DNA from: Fusobacteriia bacterium UBA1095
GTDB lineage: Bacteria; Fusobacteriota; Fusobacteriia; Bac17; UBA816
Length of the DNA: 51,012 nucleotides
Assembly (NCBI GenBank): GCA_002313635.1
Contig: DCBY01000005.1
Location: forward strand, 1 to 51,012
Direction: 5' to 3'
The notes under the pieces were generated by a model. The model was not told the DNA's origin and made no database searches. It worked only from the letters and a program-made list of their open reading frames with translations. This document shows positions 46,312 through 51,012 of the stretch, in pieces. The position numbers and the translations under genes are program-made. How positions within the stretch are numbered: the first letter of the stretch is position 1; each line of letters opens with the position of its first letter.

Positions 46312-47256
46312 ATGAAGGTATTTTTTTTATTATTTTTATTTTCTTGCAGCAACTCTTATTTAAGTGTGAAATCACGATTCATATACAGGGATGATAAGTT
46401 CATTATTTTGGATAGAAGCCTGTATCCTGGTCTCTATAAATTAAGAGGTAAGACTGTGGGGAAAATTGTCTCTACTCATTTGCTTCAACGCTGTTGGGTA
46501 AACAAAATAAGGGGATTTATTAGGGATAGAATTTTCATTAATACCCTAGAAATGAGTGATGAGAATAGAAATTTAATTCTATCAATAGTACTTTCTGAGC
46601 GTTTAGACAAAAGCTTGAAATATCTTTATAAATTAGGGATAGGACACTTCTTTGCAGCATCGGGTCTACATATGTATATTTTATTACTTATGCTAGGTAG
46701 AAATTATTTCTCAATTATTTTCGCCTTCTTTTACTTATTAATAATATTTTCACCTTCTATTCTGAGAGCATTCATATTTTGCTTTTTTTCTTTTCTTAGT
46801 AATCTGATAGGAGAAGAGAGAAATATTTATAAAGAGCATCTGCTCTCTTTGATTATATGTATCTCCTTATTTGGGTTTAAATCTTTCTCTCTCCATTTAA
46901 GTTTTTTAGCAAGCTTTATAATTGTGAAAGAAAAAAATAGTCTGAAAGCAACCATACTTATTTCAATCTGTTCTATTGTTCCCTGCCTCTATTTTATTCA
47001 AGAAGCAAATATAATCTCTTTCCTTCCTAATTTGCTACTGACTCCATTTTTTTCTGTACTGGTAATTTTCTCCTTCATTACGGTATTTATACAAATTCCA
47101 TTTTTAGAGGTTTATATGAACTTTATAATTTATTTTTCAAAATTTATTCAAAAATATTCCATAATCCAAATAAAGTTACACCTACCTTTTTTATTCCTGA
47201 TTCTGTATTATCTACTATTATTTCTATACTTATATTTTAAATATAGAAAAAAATAG
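46312..47256 (+). CDS. comEC: ComEC/Rec2 core competence domain protein, short form
   Basis: GIGHFFAASGLH, SPSILRAF, SLHLSFLA, SFLPNLL. Start placed at ATG 46312 (MKVFFLLFLFSC); the upstream ATG at 46288 is also possible. Confidence 0.8.
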   Translation: MKVFFLLFLFSCSNSYLSVKSRFIYRDDKFIILDRSLYPGLYKLRGKTVGKIVSTHLLQRCWVNKIRGFIRDRIFINTLEMSDENRNLILSIVLSERLDKSLKYLYKLGIGHFFAASGLHMYILLLMLGRNYFSIIFAFFYLLIIFSPSILRAFIFCFFSFLSNLIGEERNIYKEHLLSLIICISLFGFKSFSLHLSFLASFIIVKEKNSLKATILISICSIVPCLYFIQEANIISFLPNLLLTPFFSVLVIFSFITVFIQIPFLEVYMNFIIYFSKFIQKYSIIQIKLHLPFLFLILYYLLLFLYLYFKYRKK

Positions 47257-47265
47257 TGTTATAAT
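47257..47265 (+). promoter_or_regulatory. Putative extended -10 promoter of the S2P-like gene
   Basis: TG-T-TATAAT followed by an AAAGGA SD and TTG. Confidence 0.55.
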
Positions 47266-47286
47266 TTTCTGCGAAAGGAAATAAAA

Positions 47287-48060
47287 TTGTTTAACTCTAT
47301 AATAGACTTAATTTTACAGATGCTAGATAGAATAAATGAGATGTCTATCGTTCCAAGGGTTTTTTATTTTTTGCTCTTGGTTTTATTCGGGAATATATTT
47401 ATATATAGGCTTATACTTTATCCTGGCTTAATCTACCTATTTTTAACTTTATGCATTTCAGAGGCCCTAAGGGTTGCCTTCAATGAATTTGTGGTCAAAT
47501 ACCTTATTAAAGCGGATTTTAAAAGAGATCTATCTGATATTCTGGATCCTATAGCTGTTTTTTTATTGATTATTGAAATTTTTCTAAATGCTCGATTTAA
47601 GGCAATTACTCCACTACTTCTTGTTTTTTGGACTAAACCTTTGAGCATAAACTATAGATTGCTGACGGATAATCCATTTTATATTTTTATTATCTCTTTT
47701 TCTAAAACTATACTTAGCCTATTAATATGCTCAATATCTTTTGTATCTATGAAATTGTTGAATTTTTCAATTTTACCTCTTACTCTTGAGTTATTTGATT
47801 TAAGTGTGCTACAAAATGTGTTATTATTCTTTTTTGTTGTTAATATTGGATTGGTAATATTAAATCTACTTCCTTTTCCTCCATTTGAGATGGGGATAGC
47901 TTTAGAGCACCTAGCTCCAAACTCTGTTAGAAAATTTTTAATGAGTATAAGGCCATTTGGAAGTTTACTAATATTGATATTTTATTATTTTAATTTAATA
48001 CCCTATTTTCTTTATGCAGCTTACAACTTTATTTTAAATATAATATCACTCTTTATTTAA
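47287..48060 (+). CDS. Site-2 protease (M50) family-like membrane protein, apparently catalytically dead
   Basis: LDPIA, WTKPLSIN and NLLPFPP match small S2P proteins, but HExxH reads SEALR and the LDG motif reads FEM. Confidence 0.75.
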   Translation: MFNSIIDLILQMLDRINEMSIVPRVFYFLLLVLFGNIFIYRLILYPGLIYLFLTLCISEALRVAFNEFVVKYLIKADFKRDLSDILDPIAVFLLIIEIFLNARFKAITPLLLVFWTKPLSINYRLLTDNPFYIFIISFSKTILSLLICSISFVSMKLLNFSILPLTLELFDLSVLQNVLLFFFVVNIGLVILNLLPFPPFEMGIALEHLAPNSVRKFLMSIRPFGSLLILIFYYFNLIPYFLYAAYNFILNIISLFI

Positions 48061-48106
48061 ATTACGATGCTATTCCTTTAATTTTGGATACTGTATGTGA
48101 ATGGGA

Positions 48107-49165
48107 CTATTTTATTACTCCACTTCCTGCAAGCCATCCCTCTTTATGATAGAAAACTGCATATTGTCCTTTGGTTATAGCTCTAACCGGATTATCAAAA
48201 ACTACTTTTAGTTCATTTTCATTAATTACAGTCACTTTTCCTCTGTTTTTAAAGTCCCTAGCTCTTGTCTTTACAAAAAACTCTTTCTCATTAAACAGCT
48301 CAACAGGCATAAACAGATTTAGATTTGTGCATGAAAGTTCCCTATTATATAGTTCTCTATCTTCTCCTACAATTAATCTGTTATTCTCAGGATCTATTCC
48401 TATTACATAGAGAGGTACTTCATCTGAGACCCCTATTCCTCTTCTCTGCCCTATTGTATAATTATGTACCCCACTATGCTTACCAACTAATTCTCCATTT
48501 GATTTAACTATATCACCAGGTTTTTTATATCTTTCATCAAGTTTGGAATCTAGAAAATCTTTGTAACTTTTTTTTATAAAGCAGACCCCTTGGCTATCAA
48601 CCTTATCTTTAGTTATTATACCGAATTGTGCAGCTAATTCTCTGGTTTTAGATTTATTAAGTCCACCCAATGGGAAGACCATTTTCTCTATATCTTCTTT
48701 CCGTATTTGAGCTAAGAAATAGGATTGATCTTTATTCTCATCATCAGCAGAGTAAACTTTTCCATTTTTCATTATAGAGTAGTGCCCTGTTGCTAAATAA
48801 TCAGCACCTAACTCCTTAGCATATCTTATTAATTCACCGATTTTCACTTCCCTATTGCACTTAACACATGGATTTGGTGTTGATCCTTTTTTATAATCGT
48901 TGATAAAAGTATCTATTATTTTTTCTTTAAAAATGGATTTAAGGTTTAGAGTGTAGTGAGGAACACCTAGACCATTACAAATTCTCTTTGCGTCAATAAT
49001 ATCTTCTAAAGAGCAGCAAGGTTTATGAAGCTTTTCATTTTCAACATGATCCAGCTGTTTCATGGTTAGCCCAAAAATATCATAACCCTCTCTCTTCAAT
49101 ATGTAAGCTACTAAGGAGCTGTCAACTCCTCCACTCATCGCTATTGCTATTTTGCTTTTTTTCAA
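48107..49165 (-). CDS. mnmA: tRNA 2-thiouridylase MnmA
   Basis: AMSGGVDSS, TPNPCVKCN, ATGHY, KDQSY, DSQGVCF, TIGQRRG, TKGQYAVFY. Confidence 0.99.
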   Translation of the reverse strand: MKKSKIAIAMSGGVDSSLVAYILKREGYDIFGLTMKQLDHVENEKLHKPCCSLEDIIDAKRICNGLGVPHYTLNLKSIFKEKIIDTFINDYKKGSTPNPCVKCNREVKIGELIRYAKELGADYLATGHYSIMKNGKVYSADDENKDQSYFLAQIRKEDIEKMVFPLGGLNKSKTRELAAQFGIITKDKVDSQGVCFIKKSYKDFLDSKLDERYKKPGDIVKSNGELVGKHSGVHNYTIGQRRGIGVSDEVPLYVIGIDPENNRLIVGEDRELYNRELSCTNLNLFMPVELFNEKEFFVKTRARDFKNRGKVTVINENELKVVFDNPVRAITKGQYAVFYHKEGWLAGSGVIK

Positions 49166-49446
49166 TACACCATTAATGATCTCATCTCCTTTATAGCTAA
49201 TTCATCTGCTCTCTTCATCGCTTTTGTTAAAAGATTAATTAACTCTTTTTCTATTGATTTAGCCTCTATCTCCTCTTTGAAATTTATAGATAATATCTCC
49301 TTTTTCGCATTTGCCTTTACTGATATATTCTCACTTGATAACTCAAAGGTGCTCTCTTTTAATCTCTTATCTAACTCTTTTGCTTTCTGCTGCATATCTC
49401 TAGCTTGTGAAAGACCACCCAACATATTTTTGAAACTTCCAAACAT
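49162..49446 (-). CDS. ybaB: YbaB/EbfC nucleoid-associated protein
   Basis: Gly/Met-rich N-terminus, MQQKAK, VKANAKKEILSI, helical C-terminus. Confidence 0.8.
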   Translation of the reverse strand: MFGSFKNMLGGLSQARDMQQKAKELDKRLKESTFELSSENISVKANAKKEILSINFKEEIEAKSIEKELINLLTKAMKRADELAIKEMRSLMVY

Positions 49447-49450
49447 TTTA

Positions 49451-49906
49451 TTAATTCTCCTTATTCATTTTATCTATTTCTTTTATAAAACTATCTATAT
49501 TTTTGAAATCTCTAAATACAGATGCAAATCTCAGATAGCCTACTGCATCTATCCTTTTTAGCTCTTTCATGACCAATGTTCCTAACTCCCTTGATGTTAT
49601 CTCCCTCTTTCCACTTTCCTCAACTTGTCTTTGGATTTGAGAGACAATATTCTCTAGAATATCATGGCTAACATTTCTCTTCTCAGTTGCTAACATCAGG
49701 CCGTGCATCATCTTTGCTTCATCAAAAAGCTCTTTTGTTCCATCTCTTTTCATTACAGTTATGCTAAAATCTTCAACAGTTTCGTAAGTAGTAAATCTCT
49801 TATGACAAAAATCACAAGACCTCCTCCTTCTAACTGATAGACCGTTTGAAGAGAATCTAGTGTTTATAACTTTTGTGTCTAATTTATTACAAAAGGGACA
49901 TTTCAT
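49451..49906 (-). CDS. nrdR: Transcriptional repressor NrdR
   Basis: MKCPFC, RRRRSCxxC-RFTTYE, ATP-cone, YLRFASVFRDF. Confidence 0.98.
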   Translation of the reverse strand: MKCPFCNKLDTKVINTRFSSNGLSVRRRRSCDFCHKRFTTYETVEDFSITVMKRDGTKELFDEAKMMHGLMLATEKRNVSHDILENIVSQIQRQVEESGKREITSRELGTLVMKELKRIDAVGYLRFASVFRDFKNIDSFIKEIDKMNKEN

Positions 49907-50343
49907 TATTTTATTATACCTATAATTTCATTTCTTTTTTTAGCTGACAATATCCTATTCCTTATCTCCTCTTTCCTCATCATTTTAGCAACTTTGTTAA
50001 CTAAACTCAAATTTATGCCTTTATCTCTTAATGGAGATACTATCAGAAAAAATATTTTAGCATCTTCAAAATCTATTGAACCAAAGTTTATGCCTCTCTT
50101 ACTAACACCCATTGCTACCTGCGTTGACAGAACGGAACTACTTTTTGCATTTGGTATTGCAATCCCTCTGCCTATGCCTGTACTAGATATAGCTTCTCTA
50201 CATAGTATTGCATCTAGACACTCTTCGCCATTAATTATCTCGTTAAAGTCCAAAAGATTATAAAGCTCTTTAATAACCTCTTCTTTACTGTCAGACTTTA
50301 GATCTAAATTAATTCCATCAATTCTTAAATATTTATCTACCAT
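49906..50343 (-). CDS. PTS EIIA-like (PtsN/Fru-type) protein lacking the phosphoacceptor His
   Basis: REAISSTGIGRGIAIPNAK, GINFGSID. Start placed at ATG 50343; the track extends to TTG 50385. Confidence 0.88.
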   Translation of the reverse strand: MVDKYLRIDGINLDLKSDSKEEVIKELYNLLDFNEIINGEECLDAILCREAISSTGIGRGIAIPNAKSSSVLSTQVAMGVSKRGINFGSIDFEDAKIFFLIVSPLRDKGINLSLVNKVAKMMRKEEIRNRILSAKKRNEIIGIIK

Positions 50344-50401
50344 AGCTCTACTTATCCCTAATACTGATATGAAACATAATACCAAAAAATATTGCTCATA
50401 T

Positions 50402-50929
50402 TCAACTTAAATAATTCATAAATGTTTCGTAATTAACATAAACATCTAAATGATCAAACATGTGACGCTCTAACTCCCTTATAGTTGCTTTTTTTAAGTT
50501 ATCCATCATTATTCCATGACTCTCAAGAATGGAAATGATAAATTGAGATATGATACTTTTTTCTTCATTTTTACCAATACTGAGTAGTGAATTTTGTAAA
50601 GATAAAAATATGCTTTTACTATGAAAGTCGTAATACTTGATTGAGTTTATTATTTTTAACATATAAAATGCCTGTCTGTATTCTTTTATATTTTTAAATT
50701 TAAATGTTTTAATAAGAGAAGATTTAGTAACTATGGAGTTAGAATATAAAAATTCACTTACACTACAAATATCAAAGCTAATGATTTCTCTATTGAGTGA
50801 TTTAGCTATTCCTTTAGCATATAAATTTAGGATAAACCCAGTCTCGGTTAAAACACTTATGGATCTATCTCCATTAAAAAGATCTTTTTTAGAAATGACT
50901 ATCCCTGTCACTCTTTTATATTGTTTCAT
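50402..50929 (-). CDS. recO: DNA repair protein RecO, shortened
   Basis: GIVISKKDLFNGDRSISVLTE, AKGI OB-fold start; no CxxC zinc finger. Confidence 0.8.
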   Translation of the reverse strand: MKQYKRVTGIVISKKDLFNGDRSISVLTETGFILNLYAKGIAKSLNREIISFDICSVSEFLYSNSIVTKSSLIKTFKFKNIKEYRQAFYMLKIINSIKYYDFHSKSIFLSLQNSLLSIGKNEEKSIISQFIISILESHGIMMDNLKKATIRELERHMFDHLDVYVNYETFMNYLS

Positions 50930-50937
50930 ACTATTGA

Positions 50938-50946
50938 ATTATACCA
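50938..50946 (-). promoter_or_regulatory. Extended -10 promoter 8 nt before the recO ATG
   Basis: TG-G-TATAAT-tcaatagt-ATG, no SD. Confidence 0.6.
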
Positions 50947-50974
50947 AAGTTTTTGTAATATTTTGTGATGAAGA

Positions 50975-51012
50975 TGGTGCCCAGAGGCGGAATTGAACCA
51001 CCGACACAAGGA
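50975..51012 (-). tRNA. 3' half of a tRNA, probably tRNA-Phe (truncated by the window edge)
   Basis: TCCTTGTGTCGGTGGTTCAATTCCGCCTCTGGGCACCA: T-arm, acceptor 3' strand and CCA typical of bacterial tRNA-Phe; anticodon outside the window. Confidence 0.8.

Noticed and set aside
50344-50385. Hydrophobic N-terminal extension of EIIA from TTG 50385
   Set aside because: ATG 50343 gives the family-typical length of 145 aa; the extension has no support.
1-51012. Alternative genetic code (TGA recoding) in an AT-rich reduced genome
   Set aside because: TGA ends conserved genes at expected positions (addA, infB, clpX, dnaE), Trp uses TGG, and long ORFs are uninterrupted.

Overview
AT-rich (about 30% GC by eye), densely packed bacterial chromosome segment using the standard genetic code. 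37 of 39 supported CDS lie on the minus strand; nearly all plus-strand ORFs in the track are antisense shadows. The left 11 kb is an accessory block: two co-linear giant ankyrin-repeat paralogs with lipobox-like N-termini (the first, missed by the ORF track, starts at 2658 and runs off the window), tRNA-Leu(CAA), a patatin phospholipase and tmRNA. The rest is housekeeping: nusA-infB-rbfA-tig-clpP-clpX-lon, addBA, nrnA, 3x YitT, asp23-DUF2273-nusB, dnaE, ileS-lspA-glyQ-(lipoprotein)-glyS-mlaE, serS, Deg protease, mscS, iscS, comEC, site-2-protease-like, recO-EIIA-nrdR-ybaB-mnmA and a partial tRNA (probably Phe). By recollection this order resembles Fusobacteriota with genes removed. Many proteins are trimmed or catalytically altered: ClpX lacks its zinc domain and has an RKY loop, DnaE is 723 aa, and the S2P and EIIA have lost key His residues. 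The best candidate for an undescribed system is an exported, diversifying ankyrin lipoprotein array plus patatin in an apparently reduced, host-associated diderm. Other highlights are a possibly co-adapted ClpX/ssrA-tag pair, several probable leaderless mRNAs and a rimP-type attenuator without rimP. No integrase, transposase, reverse transcriptase or CRISPR array was seen. All family assignments come from motif recognition by eye; no database searches were run.
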